Assembly (NCBI GenBank): GCA_934098375.1
Contig: CAKOOC010000002.1
Location: 26,383-90,382, forward strand
Direction of reading: 5' to 3'
Source: an uncultured Bacilli bacterium
Lineage (GTDB): Bacteria; Bacillota_I; Bacilli_A; RF39; UBA660
Length of the DNA stretch: 64,000 nt
Part shown: positions 53,198 to 63,685 of the stretch, one piece after another
Position numbering within the stretch: position 1 is the first letter of the stretch
Layout of the letters: each line of letters starts with the position of its first letter
Notes under the pieces: model-generated
The model's input: only the letters and a program-made list of their open reading frames with translations
What the model was told of the DNA's origin: nothing
Databases searched by the model: none
Translations under genes and position numbers: made by a program

Positions 53198-53923
53198 ATG
53201 AAATATGTTGAATATAGTGCGCAAGATATTGTTCTAAGTTTAATGGTTTTCGCTCATGATTTAAACATAAAATTTCCTGGTGAAAATTGGGGAGAATTTA
53301 ATATAGTAGATAATGAATTAATTAACATTATTATAGAAAGACTAAACAACTTATGTTATTACGACGAATTAACCAGTGATACATATAAATTTGTATTTGT
53401 TCCCAGAGATTTTAGCCTTGATGCATCTTATTATTTAAGTGCTATCTATCCTGATGGAACAGTTATTCCGGCAAATAAAATAAGTAGCTTAGAAGAAAAC
53501 AATACAGACACCCCTTATTACCAACTTATGAAAGAGCTAAACAAAAGTAAACCAACTATAAAAGAATTTGATAGTTTAACAAAGGCTCGCAAAATTGATG
53601 TTTATTCTTTCTCTTTAAATGATGGTCTAACTTTAACAACACCAACAAGTGATGATCATTATGCGATTACTATTTATAGCACATTTAAACAAAAAATAAA
53701 TAATATGTTTTATAAAGCGTTTAAAACTGCTATTTTACATCCGCAAAATTTCTTTGAAATAGAAGCAATAAAGCATCAAAGATATGCTCAAGTTAAAATG
53801 GATAAAGATGTTTTAAGACAATTTTATAGTGATTATGAAATAAATTTCTTAACTAAAGCCAATCAATATCCACAAAAATTTACCAGTTCCGCTTTCAAAG
53901 GTAAGAAGGTTAGTTTTAATTAA
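53198..53923 (+). CDS. hypothetical protein
   Basis: A 241-aa product, translationally coupled to the upstream gene, with no recognised motif. Confidence 0.4.
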   Translation: MKYVEYSAQDIVLSLMVFAHDLNIKFPGENWGEFNIVDNELINIIIERLNNLCYYDELTSDTYKFVFVPRDFSLDASYYLSAIYPDGTVIPANKISSLEENNTDTPYYQLMKELNKSKPTIKEFDSLTKARKIDVYSFSLNDGLTLTTPTSDDHYAITIYSTFKQKINNMFYKAFKTAILHPQNFFEIEAIKHQRYAQVKMDKDVLRQFYSDYEINFLTKANQYPQKFTSSAFKGKKVSFN

Positions 53924-53975
53924 AGATCATAAAATTTGTGGTCTTTTTCTTTTGCAAACAATTGTACAAAAAACA

Positions 53976-54004
53976 TTGACATATATTTGTTCGTATGTTA
54001 TATT
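53976..54004 (+). promoter_or_regulatory. sigma-A type promoter upstream of uvrA
   Basis: TTGACA, a 17-nt spacer, then TATATT. No GAAC-N4-GTTC LexA/Cheo box was recognised. Confidence 0.45.
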
Positions 54005-54106
54005 AATAACGCTATTAAAAATTATGAAATAAATTATAATTTGTTATTAAAACCAATATTTTTTTAAATACGTGGTAAAATAATTAATGCAAAGGAAAGA
54101 TGTAAT

Positions 54107-56920
54107 ATGGATAAAATAATTGTAAAAGGTGCAAGAGAAAATAATTTAAAAAATATAGATATTGAACTACCAAAAAATAAATTAATTGTTATGACTGGTG
54201 TATCAGGCAGTGGTAAAAGTAGTCTTGCTTTTGACACAATTTATGCTGAAGGTGAAAGAAGATACATTGAATCTTTAAGTGCTTATGCTCGTCAGTTTTT
54301 AGGAAATGCTGAAAAACCAGATGTTGATTCCATCGAAGGGTTAAGCCCAAGTATATCTATAGATCAAAAAACAACAAACAATAATCCTCGTTCAACTGTT
54401 GGAACAGTTACAGAGATTTATGATTATTTAAGATTATTATTTGCTCGTGTTGGTACTCCTTTTTGTCCTATTCATCATAAACCAATCAAAAGTCAAAGTA
54501 TTGAAGAAATGACTCAAAAAGTTCTCGAATTAGAAGAAGGTACAAAAATTGAAATTCTATCACCAATCGTTCATGGCGAAAAAGGTACCCATCAAGATTT
54601 ATTCGATGATTTAAGAAAAAAAGGTTATACCAGAGTTAGAGTTAATGATGAAATGTATGATTTATCTGAAGATATAAAATGTGAAAAGAATAAAAAAGAC
54701 AATATATATGTAGTAATTGATCGCATCGTAATTGATAAAGAAGAAAAAAGTCGTATATTTGAATCAATTGAGCAAAGTACTAAACTAGCCGATGGAAAAG
54801 TTTTAATAAACGTAATTGGTAAGGAAGAATTTATTATGAGCGAGCATTATGCTTGTCCTGACTGTAATTTTTCATTACCAGAATTAGAGCCAAGATTATT
54901 TTCTTTTAATGCTCCATACGGTGCTTGTCCTGACTGTAAAGGGCTAGGTTTTAAACAAAATATTAGTTTAGATTTATTAATACCAGATAAATCTAAAAGT
55001 GTATACGAGGGAGCTATAAAATGTTTTAGTATTGATCAAAATATGGCACTAACTCAGTTAGAAACTGTTTGTAAACATTATAAAATAGATTTAACAAAAC
55101 CCATTAAAGATTTAACCAAAGAAGAATTAAATATTATTTTATATGGAACTAATGAAAATATAGATTATGAATATATAAGTAAAACGGGAAACAGAAGATA
55201 TGTTAATAGTTCATATGAAGGAATTATAACTAATCTTGAAAGAAGATATCTAGAAACTAATAGTAAATGGATAAGAGAGTGGATATCATCTTACATGGTA
55301 GATCAGCCTTGTCCAAAATGTCATGGTGCCAGATTAGCAGACAATGTTTTAGCCGTTAAAATAAATGGCAAAAACATATATGAAGTCTGTCAAATGAGCA
55401 TAAAAGATCTTATTCCTTTTATGGATGGTTTAAAACTAACAGAATCACAAAAACAAATAAGTGAGTTAATAGTTAAGGAAATAAAAAATCGTTTATCATT
55501 TTTAAATAATGTGGGACTTGGTTACTTAAACTTATCAAGAGAAGCAAGCACACTATCTGGTGGCGAATCCCAAAGAATAAGATTAGCAACTCAAATTGGT
55601 AGTAAACTAACCGGTGTTCTATATGTATTAGATGAGCCCTCTATCGGATTGCATCAAAAGGATAATGACAAATTAATTAACTCACTGCTTGAAATGCGTG
55701 ATTTAGGAAATACACTAATTGTTGTTGAACATGACGAAGATACAATGTTAGCAGCCGATTATTTAGTTGATATTGGCCCGGGACCAGGTGATCATGGTGG
55801 TAAAGTAGTAGCCTGTGGCACTCCTAAAGAAGTAATGAATAATCCAGAAAGTTTAACTGGTAAATATTTAAATGGAACCCTAAAAATTGACGTGCCAAAA
55901 AAACGCCGTAAAGGGAATGGTAAATTTATTGAAATAAAAGGTGCTAAAGAAAATAATCTAAAAAATATAAATGTAAAATTTCCTTTAGGAACCTTAACCT
56001 TAGTAACTGGCGTATCTGGTTCTGGTAAAAGTACCTTAGTAAATGAAATATTATTAAAAGCCTTAAAAGCCAGTGTATATGGCTCTATGGTAATACCAGG
56101 CAAGCATAAAACAATCAAAGGTTTAGAAAATATCGATAAAGTAGTTGATATCTCTCAAGATCCAATCGGAAGAACCCCAAGGAGTAATCCTGCCACATAT
56201 GTTGGTGTATTCGATGATATTAGAGACCTATATGCAAATATGAAAGAAGCTAAAATGAAAGGCTATGACAAAGGAAGATTTTCTTTTAACGTTAAAGGCG
56301 GCCGTTGTGAAGCATGTTGGGGAGATGGCGTTAAGAAAATAGAAATGCACTTTTTACCAGATGTTTACGTACCTTGTGATGTTTGCCACGGAACTAGATA
56401 CAATACGGAAACTTTAGATATTAAATTTAAAGAAAAAAATATTGCTGAAGTACTTGATATGCGAGTATCGGAAGCCATTGAATTTTTTGATAGTGTTCCT
56501 AAAATTAAGAACAAATTACAAACTATGATTGATGTAGGACTTTCTTATATAAAATTAGGACAATCAGCGCCAACTTTATCTGGTGGTGAAGCCGCTAGAG
56601 TTAAATTAGCTAAAGAATTACAAAAAAAGCCAACTGGTAAAAGTATTTTCTTATTAGATGAACCTACAACTGGTTTACACACTGATGATATCAAAAAATT
56701 ATTAGTTATTTTACAAAGAATAGTAGATAATGGAGATACTGTTATTGTTATAGAACATAATTTAGATGTTATAAAATGCGCTGATTATATTATAGATTTA
56801 GGTCCTGAAGGTGGAGATGAGGGAGGAACAATCATCGCTACAGGAACTCCAGAAGAAGTTGCCAAAAATAAAAATTCGTATACTGGCATGTATATAAAAA
56901 AGAAACTAGAAACAAATTAA
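54107..56920 (+). CDS. uvrA: excinuclease ABC subunit A
   Basis: The 937-aa product has two ABC ATPase modules (GVSGSGKSSL and GVSGSGKSTL) and Zn-finger cysteine clusters (CPDC...C..C; C.AC...G). Confidence 0.9.
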   Translation: MDKIIVKGARENNLKNIDIELPKNKLIVMTGVSGSGKSSLAFDTIYAEGERRYIESLSAYARQFLGNAEKPDVDSIEGLSPSISIDQKTTNNNPRSTVGTVTEIYDYLRLLFARVGTPFCPIHHKPIKSQSIEEMTQKVLELEEGTKIEILSPIVHGEKGTHQDLFDDLRKKGYTRVRVNDEMYDLSEDIKCEKNKKDNIYVVIDRIVIDKEEKSRIFESIEQSTKLADGKVLINVIGKEEFIMSEHYACPDCNFSLPELEPRLFSFNAPYGACPDCKGLGFKQNISLDLLIPDKSKSVYEGAIKCFSIDQNMALTQLETVCKHYKIDLTKPIKDLTKEELNIILYGTNENIDYEYISKTGNRRYVNSSYEGIITNLERRYLETNSKWIREWISSYMVDQPCPKCHGARLADNVLAVKINGKNIYEVCQMSIKDLIPFMDGLKLTESQKQISELIVKEIKNRLSFLNNVGLGYLNLSREASTLSGGESQRIRLATQIGSKLTGVLYVLDEPSIGLHQKDNDKLINSLLEMRDLGNTLIVVEHDEDTMLAADYLVDIGPGPGDHGGKVVACGTPKEVMNNPESLTGKYLNGTLKIDVPKKRRKGNGKFIEIKGAKENNLKNINVKFPLGTLTLVTGVSGSGKSTLVNEILLKALKASVYGSMVIPGKHKTIKGLENIDKVVDISQDPIGRTPRSNPATYVGVFDDIRDLYANMKEAKMKGYDKGRFSFNVKGGRCEACWGDGVKKIEMHFLPDVYVPCDVCHGTRYNTETLDIKFKEKNIAEVLDMRVSEAIEFFDSVPKIKNKLQTMIDVGLSYIKLGQSAPTLSGGEAARVKLAKELQKKPTGKSIFLLDEPTTGLHTDDIKKLLVILQRIVDNGDTVIVIEHNLDVIKCADYIIDLGPEGGDEGGTIIATGTPEEVAKNKNSYTGMYIKKKLETN

Positions 56921-56966
56921 ATTGCTAAATATGTAAATAAATTATATAATTAAATTGGTGATAAAT

Positions 56967-57368
56967 ATGGAAATATATTCAGAAAAAAAATCTGCTTTAT
57001 GGAGTTTTTTAGATTTGTTTTTAACTCTTTGTATAAATGCATTTGTTTTAAAACTATCTTCCGTAATATTTAAAGGATTCTATATTTCTTCTTTTAAGTA
57101 TGCTTTACTTGCTGCTTTAGTAATAATGATTTTAAATCACACAGTAAAACCTTTATTAAAATTCCTAGCACTACCAGTTACAGTAATAACACTAGGAATA
57201 TTATATCCCTTTATTGACGTCATTATTTTAAAACTAACTAGCGCAATTATTGGAAGTAATTTTGTTATTGAAGGATGGTTTGTTCCTTTCTTCATTTCAA
57301 TTTTTATATCAGTTTTAACCGTATTTATAGATGCGATAATAACTAAATGCATTAATGGAGGCAAATAA
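56967..57368 (+). CDS. YvlD/DUF360 (phage-holin-4_2-like) small membrane protein
   Basis: It has four TM helices, lies upstream of lgt as in Bacillus yvlD, and is preceded by a GGTGA RBS. Confidence 0.5.
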   Translation: MEIYSEKKSALWSFLDLFLTLCINAFVLKLSSVIFKGFYISSFKYALLAALVIMILNHTVKPLLKFLALPVTVITLGILYPFIDVIILKLTSAIIGSNFVIEGWFVPFFISIFISVLTVFIDAIITKCINGGK

Positions 57369-58183
57369 TGAACCCTATACTTTTTACAATTGGTTCATTT
57401 GAAATTAGATGGTATGCTATCATTATGCTAGTAGCAATTGTCATATCAATTGTCCTTATAGAAAAGGAAGCCGCTAGATTTAATGTTCCTAAAGATTTTA
57501 TTTTTAACATGTGTTTTTGGACTATAATTATTGGCTATTTAGGTGCTAGATTATATTATGTTATATTTAATTGGGATTATTATAGTAGTCATATATCTGA
57601 AATATTACAAATCTGGAAAGGCGGTCTTGCCATTCATGGAGGTATTATTGCGGGATTACTTACAATAATAATTTATATAAAAAAATACCGTGGTAGAACC
57701 TTAAGATTTTTAGATTTTATTGTCGTACCACTACTACTAGCCCAAGCAATCGGTAGATGGGGTAATTTCTTTAATAGTGAAGCCCACGGAGTAGCAACAA
57801 CGCTAGAACATTTGCAAAGTTTACACATTCCTAAATTTATTATAGATGGAATGTGTATTGAAGGAATATATTATACACCCACATTTTTATATGAATCACT
57901 TGCTTGCTTTACCTTGTTTGTTATTTTTCTAATCGTAAGAAGAGGATCATATATTAAAGTTGGCACGATGACGGCTCTTTATTTAATCGGTTATGGTGTA
58001 ATAAGATTTTTAATTGAAATCAGTAGAACAGATGCTTTAATGTTAGCCGGCTTTAAAGTTGCTCAGTTTGTTTCTGTAATTATGATAATTATTGGAATAG
58101 TAATGCTAATGATAAATGCTCGCAAAAGTCGCTTTGAAGATTTATACAACGACAAAAATAATATAGATGCAATTAGATTTTAG
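57368..58183 (+). CDS. lgt: prolipoprotein diacylglyceryl transferase
   Basis: Lgt signature GRWGNFFNSEAHG, a product of 271 aa, and multiple TM helices. Confidence 0.9.
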   Translation: MNPILFTIGSFEIRWYAIIMLVAIVISIVLIEKEAARFNVPKDFIFNMCFWTIIIGYLGARLYYVIFNWDYYSSHISEILQIWKGGLAIHGGIIAGLLTIIIYIKKYRGRTLRFLDFIVVPLLLAQAIGRWGNFFNSEAHGVATTLEHLQSLHIPKFIIDGMCIEGIYYTPTFLYESLACFTLFVIFLIVRRGSYIKVGTMTALYLIGYGVIRFLIEISRTDALMLAGFKVAQFVSVIMIIIGIVMLMINARKSRFEDLYNDKNNIDAIRF

Positions 58184-58192
58184 GTGATATAA

Positions 58193-59074
58193 ATGTACGA
58201 TTTAATAATAATCGGTTTAGGTCCAGCCGGTCTTAACGCTTGTATTTATGCAAAACGTAGTAATCTAAATGTTTTCGTTATTGAAAGAGGAATGCCCGGT
58301 GGAACTCTTCATAATATTAAAGATATCGAAAATTATTTAGGCTATGAACATATTACTGGTTCTGACTTAGCCATAAAATTTTATAAACAATTTAAAGATT
58401 TAAACATTCCTCATGTAACTGAAGAAGTAGAAAATATAATTAATAATAAAGACTATAAAGAAGTAATAACAAATAAAAATAAATACCAAGCAAAATCAAT
58501 AATTATTGCTACTGGCAGAGGTCCATTAAAACTTGGATTAGAAAATGAGAAACTACCAGGTGTAAGTTATTGTACATTATGTGATGGTTCCCTTTATAAA
58601 GATAAAATAGTAACATTATATGGCAATGGCCCTAAAAATTTAGAAGATGCTATTTATTTAAGTGGGATTGCTCAAAAAGTGTATTTTGTATATAATCAAA
58701 ACGATTTACTAGGACCTAAAGATTTAATATTAAAAGTTAAGGCTTTAGACAATATTGTTTTAATGCCAAATGAAGAAATTACTGAAATAATTGGCGAAAA
58801 AATCTTGGAAAAAGTAAAATTAAAAGTTAATTATTTAGAAACAAATGCTCTTTTTATTAACAATGGTTACGGTCCAATAACTTATTTTGCTAAAGAATTA
58901 GGAATAACTGATGACCATGGCTATATAATTGTTGATAACCGCCAAGAAACAAACATCAAAGGAATTTTTGCTTGCGGTGATAATACCAAAAAAGATATTT
59001 ATCAAATCATAACCGCCGCCAGTGAAGGAGCATCAAGTGCTATTAATGCATATAAATATATTAAAGACATTTAA
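58193..59074 (+). CDS. trxB: thioredoxin-disulfide reductase-like FAD/NAD(P) oxidoreductase
   Basis: FAD GxGxxG (IIIGLGPAGLNAC), a redox-active CxxC (GVSYCTLCDG), and a C-terminal FACGD. Confidence 0.7.
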   Translation: MYDLIIIGLGPAGLNACIYAKRSNLNVFVIERGMPGGTLHNIKDIENYLGYEHITGSDLAIKFYKQFKDLNIPHVTEEVENIINNKDYKEVITNKNKYQAKSIIIATGRGPLKLGLENEKLPGVSYCTLCDGSLYKDKIVTLYGNGPKNLEDAIYLSGIAQKVYFVYNQNDLLGPKDLILKVKALDNIVLMPNEEITEIIGEKILEKVKLKVNYLETNALFINNGYGPITYFAKELGITDDHGYIIVDNRQETNIKGIFACGDNTKKDIYQIITAASEGASSAINAYKYIKDI

Positions 59075-59075
59075 G

Positions 59076-59097
59076 GTACTATATAGTACTTTTTTTG
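59076..59097 (+). terminator. intrinsic terminator after trxB
   Basis: Palindrome gtact-atat-agtac followed by T7. Confidence 0.6.
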
Positions 59098-59145
59098 TGG
59101 TCAAAAAAAGAGTAACCATCATAGAATATTAAAGAAAGGAAGTAA

Positions 59146-59958
<813 letters not shown>

Positions 59959-59964
59959 TTTAAT

Positions 59965-61035
59965 ATGAAAATAGTTGTTTATGCAATATCTAAAAATGAA
60001 GCGAAGTTTGTAGATAGATGGTATAACTCCATGAAAGAAGCAGATGAAATATACGTTTTAGATACCGGTTCTACAGATGAAACTGTATCTAAATTAAACA
60101 AGCTTGGTGTAATTATCAAAACTGAAATAATAAATCCTTGGCGATTTGATGTTGCTAGAAATAAATCATTAGATATGGTTCCTGACGATGTTGATATTTG
60201 TGTCTGCACTGATTTAGATGAAATACTAGATAAAGGCTGGAGAAAAAAATTAGAAGAAAAAGCCTTGCTAGCAAACCGTGTAAGATACACTAATATTTGG
60301 GCATTCGATAAATATGGAAATCCCAGCGTAACATTTCTTCAAGAAAAAATTCATTCTAGAAAAGGTTACAAATGGGTAAATGCTGTACATGAAGTTCTTA
60401 AATACGAAGGCGAAAATGAAAAAATAGTTACGATAGATGACATCATTTTAAAACATTATCCTGACCACAATAAATCTCGAAGTTCGTACTTACCTCTACT
60501 AGAATTAGCTGTAAAAGAAGATCCTGAAAATGACCGTAACATGCATTACTTAGGTAGAGAGTACATGTACTATAGAAAATACCAAGAATCTATAGATACT
60601 TTAAAAAAACACCTAGAATTAAAAAGTGCCACCTGGAAAGATGAACGATGTGCCTCAATGAGATTTATATCTAGGGACTACTTAAACCTAGGAAATATCG
60701 ATGAAGCACTCAAATATGCTATTAATTCTATCGCCGAAGCACCATACTTAAGAGAAGGATATTATGAAACAGGAAACATATATTATTTACAAAAAAAATA
60801 TGACTATGCAGTTCATTATTTAGAACTGGCCCTACTAATTAAACAAAACCCCAAAAGTTACATAAATGACCCAGCTTGTTATAACGGTACTATTGAAGAT
60901 ATACTATCAGTATGTTACTACTATCTAAAAGATTATAACACCTCACTTAAATATGTAAATATTGCTTTAAATTTAGATCCGGAAAATGAACGAATTATTA
61001 ATAATAAAGAGTTAATTCTAAAAGCCTTAGATTAA
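59965..61035 (+). CDS. GT2-family (GT-A fold) glycosyltransferase with C-terminal TPR repeats
   Basis: The N-terminus reads KIVVYAISKNEAKFVDRWYNS...YVLDTGSTDET with a DxD-like CTDLDE. The C-terminal ~180 aa form TPR-like helical repeats. It lies 6 nt after the collagen-like gene. Confidence 0.6.
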   Translation: MKIVVYAISKNEAKFVDRWYNSMKEADEIYVLDTGSTDETVSKLNKLGVIIKTEIINPWRFDVARNKSLDMVPDDVDICVCTDLDEILDKGWRKKLEEKALLANRVRYTNIWAFDKYGNPSVTFLQEKIHSRKGYKWVNAVHEVLKYEGENEKIVTIDDIILKHYPDHNKSRSSYLPLLELAVKEDPENDRNMHYLGREYMYYRKYQESIDTLKKHLELKSATWKDERCASMRFISRDYLNLGNIDEALKYAINSIAEAPYLREGYYETGNIYYLQKKYDYAVHYLELALLIKQNPKSYINDPACYNGTIEDILSVCYYYLKDYNTSLKYVNIALNLDPENERIINNKELILKALD

Positions 61036-61085
61036 CTCTTTTTTTGTTTTACTTTTTTCATAAATTATGATATATTCTTTGCGTG

Positions 61086-61439
61086 ATGTTTATGGAAAAT
61101 CTTATTCTTGCTTATTTAGGTGATGCTGTTTACGAATTATATGTACGTAATCATCTTATAAATAGTGGCATTGCTAATGTTAATGAACTTCAAAATAAAT
61201 CCTTAAAATATGTGTCAGCCACTAGTCAGCGACAGATTTTAGAAAAGCTTATAAATGAAAATATTTTAACCGCTGAAGAGCAAGAAATAGTAAGAAAAGG
61301 CCGTAACAGTAAAAGCCATAAAAGCAAAACTACAGATGTTGTAACATATCACATGGCAACTGGTTTTGAATGCCTAATAGGTTATTTATATAAAAACAAT
61401 AAAGCAAGACTAGAAGAAATAATGGAGGTAATATTATGA
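61086..61439 (+). CDS. mrnC: Mini-ribonuclease III
   Basis: LILAYLGDAVYELYVRNHLI is the RNase III catalytic signature in a ~117-aa protein. ATG 61092 is an alternative start. Confidence 0.8.
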   Translation: MFMENLILAYLGDAVYELYVRNHLINSGIANVNELQNKSLKYVSATSQRQILEKLINENILTAEEQEIVRKGRNSKSHKSKTTDVVTYHMATGFECLIGYLYKNNKARLEEIMEVIL

Positions 61440-62110
61440 GAGTTTGTGGAAAAAATGTCTTTAGAGAATTAGATAAATCAAAAATTAGAAAACTATATAT
61501 AAGTAATAATTTTCATGATAATGAATTACTAGATTTAATCAAAGACAATCATTTAAAATATGTTGTAACCGAAAATAACGTTATGGACAAAATGGCCAAA
61601 AATCATCAAGGAATTATCGCCGAAATATATGATTATGTATATGGCCAAATAGAAGATATTAAAGAAAATGATAACTATATCTTAATGCTAGATCATTTAG
61701 AAGATCCCCACAATTTTGGCGCTATCATTCGTTCTTGTGAAGCAAGGGGAATAAAACACATAATAATACCTAAAGATAGATCCGTTTTAGTAAATGAAAC
61801 TGTTATGAAAATTAGTAGTGGCGCCCTTGCACATGTAAATATTATAATGGTAAACAATTTAGTAAATGCAATAAATAATTTAAAAGAAAAAGGTTTCTTC
61901 ATATACGCTGCTGAGGCCGATGGCGAAGACTATCGTCATATAAACTATGCCGATAAAATTTGTTTAATAATCGGCTCTGAAGGTTTTGGATTAAGCAAAT
62001 TAGTAAGAAAAAATTCTGATGTCATAGTAAGTATTCCTATGAAAGGACATGTTAACTCTTTAAATGCTTCTGTTTCAGCAGGAATTTTACTATTTGGAAT
62101 AGGAGATTAA
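61436..62110 (+). CDS. rlmB: 23S rRNA (guanosine-2'-O)-methyltransferase RlmB/YacO (TrmH family)
   Basis: SPOUT motifs (LMLDHLEDPHNFGAIIRS; LIIGSEGFGLS). It follows mrnC as in Bacillus. Confidence 0.8.
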   Translation: MRVCGKNVFRELDKSKIRKLYISNNFHDNELLDLIKDNHLKYVVTENNVMDKMAKNHQGIIAEIYDYVYGQIEDIKENDNYILMLDHLEDPHNFGAIIRSCEARGIKHIIIPKDRSVLVNETVMKISSGALAHVNIIMVNNLVNAINNLKEKGFFIYAAEADGEDYRHINYADKICLIIGSEGFGLSKLVRKNSDVIVSIPMKGHVNSLNASVSAGILLFGIGD

Positions 62111-62703
62111 TGGAATATAACGATATTGAATTAACTCAAATGGTTTGTGAGAACAATGAAGATGCTAAAGATTTTCTTTATGAAAAGTATCACTATATAA
62201 TAGATATAATAATTTCTAAATATAAGAAAACTATTTATGCTCTTGGTATGGACATTAACGAAGTTAGACAAGAAGCCATGCTTGGATTTACTGATGCTTT
62301 AATTAAATACACTGATAGCAAAGAAACATCTCTTCCCACTTTTATTTCATTAGTAGTTGAAAGAAAAATTCAAAATGCCGTAAGAAAAGCCGAAACTCAA
62401 AAAAATAAAATTCATAATGAAGCATACAGTCTTGAATATGATTATGAAACTTTTAATAGACCTTTAGAAGAAATAATTGGAGATAATACTAAAGATCCTT
62501 TAAGAAAACTGGAAAGTGAAGAAAACTATAAAGAATTAACTAAAAAAATAAACGAATCTTTATCTCCTTTCGAAAAAGAGGTATATGATTTAATTATTAA
62601 TGACTTTAATTACATTGATATTGCCAAAATATTAAACAAAGAACCAAAACAAATAGATAATACAATTCAAAGAATAAGAAATAAAATCAAAGATTTGATA
62701 TAG
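62110..62703 (+). CDS. sigH: sigma-70 family sigma factor, SigH-like
   Basis: Region 2 (YALGMDINEVRQEAMLGFTDALIKY) and region 4 (LSPFEKEVYDLII...IAKIL) are present. The product is 197 aa and sits between rlmB and secE. Confidence 0.65.
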   Translation: MEYNDIELTQMVCENNEDAKDFLYEKYHYIIDIIISKYKKTIYALGMDINEVRQEAMLGFTDALIKYTDSKETSLPTFISLVVERKIQNAVRKAETQKNKIHNEAYSLEYDYETFNRPLEEIIGDNTKDPLRKLESEENYKELTKKINESLSPFEKEVYDLIINDFNYIDIAKILNKEPKQIDNTIQRIRNKIKDLI

Positions 62704-62799
62704 ATAAGTTAAAAGCACCTTGCATTAAGCGTAATAGTGTGTTATATTATATGCAAGCACGAAGGTGTTTTTATTTTGAATTAAAAATGAGGTGAAAAA

Positions 62800-63063
62800 A
62801 TGGCAAAAAAAGAAGAAAAAGAACTTAAAAACAAAACTAAGAAAATCGTAGCCAAAAAAGAAACTAAAAAAACAAATAAGGTTGCTAAAAAAAGTTACGG
62901 TGAAGAAGTAAAAGCTGAACTTAAAAAAGTAAAATGGCCAAGTAAAGAAGAAATGGTAAAATATAGTATTGCCGTTATAGCATTCATAATTATATTTGGT
63001 TTATATTTTTACGGCTTAGATGCACTATTTGCATGGTTAAGTTCACTAGTAAAGGGGTTATAA
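62800..63063 (+). CDS. secE: preprotein translocase subunit SecE (with Lys-rich N-terminal extension)
   Basis: The C-terminus EVKAELKKVKWPSKEEMVKYSIAVIAFIIIFGLYFYGLDALF is the SecE TM helix. It lies immediately upstream of nusG. Confidence 0.75.
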   Translation: MAKKEEKELKNKTKKIVAKKETKKTNKVAKKSYGEEVKAELKKVKWPSKEEMVKYSIAVIAFIIIFGLYFYGLDALFAWLSSLVKGL

Positions 63064-63069
63064 TTTTAT

Positions 63070-63609
63070 ATGGAAAAAGAATGGTATGTAGTAAACACTT
63101 ATAGTGGTCATGAATCAAAAGTAAAAGAAAAATTAGAAATGCGTGCCGAATCTATGGGCTTTCAAGATTATATTTTTAGAATCATTATTCCTGAAGAAAC
63201 GGTAAAAGAAACAATGAAAGATGGCAGCATTAAAGAAAAACAAAAGAAAATGTTTCCTGGTTATATTTTAGTTGAAATGATTATGACTGATGAAGCATGG
63301 TATATTGTACGTAATACTCCTGGCGTAACTGGATTTATCGGTTCATCAGGAAAAGGTGCTAAACCAACTCCATTAAAACCTCAAGAAATAGATAAAATTC
63401 TAGCAAATATGGGAATGACTAGAATGGATGTAGATAAAGAATTAACTGTTGGCACTAAAGTTAGTATTGTTGATGGACCATTTAAAGGTATGGAAGGCAC
63501 AATTGATAGTCTTGATATTGAAAATAGTAGATTAACAGTTCTAATTGACTTATTTGGTCAAGAAACACCAGTAGAAGTAGAATTATTCCAAGTATCTGCA
63601 TTAAATTAA
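63070..63609 (+). CDS. nusG: transcription termination/antitermination factor NusG
   Basis: NGN domain (EWYVVNTYSGHE) and KOW motif (VGTKVSIVDGPFKGMEGTI). Confidence 0.9.
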   Translation: MEKEWYVVNTYSGHESKVKEKLEMRAESMGFQDYIFRIIIPEETVKETMKDGSIKEKQKKMFPGYILVEMIMTDEAWYIVRNTPGVTGFIGSSGKGAKPTPLKPQEIDKILANMGMTRMDVDKELTVGTKVSIVDGPFKGMEGTIDSLDIENSRLTVLIDLFGQETPVEVELFQVSALN

Positions 63610-63685
63610 TATAAAAGTTTAATAAAATATATGGGTTTTTATTAAACTTTTTTCATGTTAGAATATAATTAATCAGGGAGGCTCC

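Noticed and set aside
53960-54010. LexA (Cheo) box upstream of uvrA
   Set aside because: No GAAC-N4-GTTC palindrome is present. Only a sigma-A-like promoter was seen.
62720-62790. Missing rpmG (L33) gene in the sigH-secE spacer
   Set aside because: No ORF of ~50 aa with L33 features was found. The spacer contains only a hairpin plus T-run, so it is treated as a terminator or leader rather than a gene.
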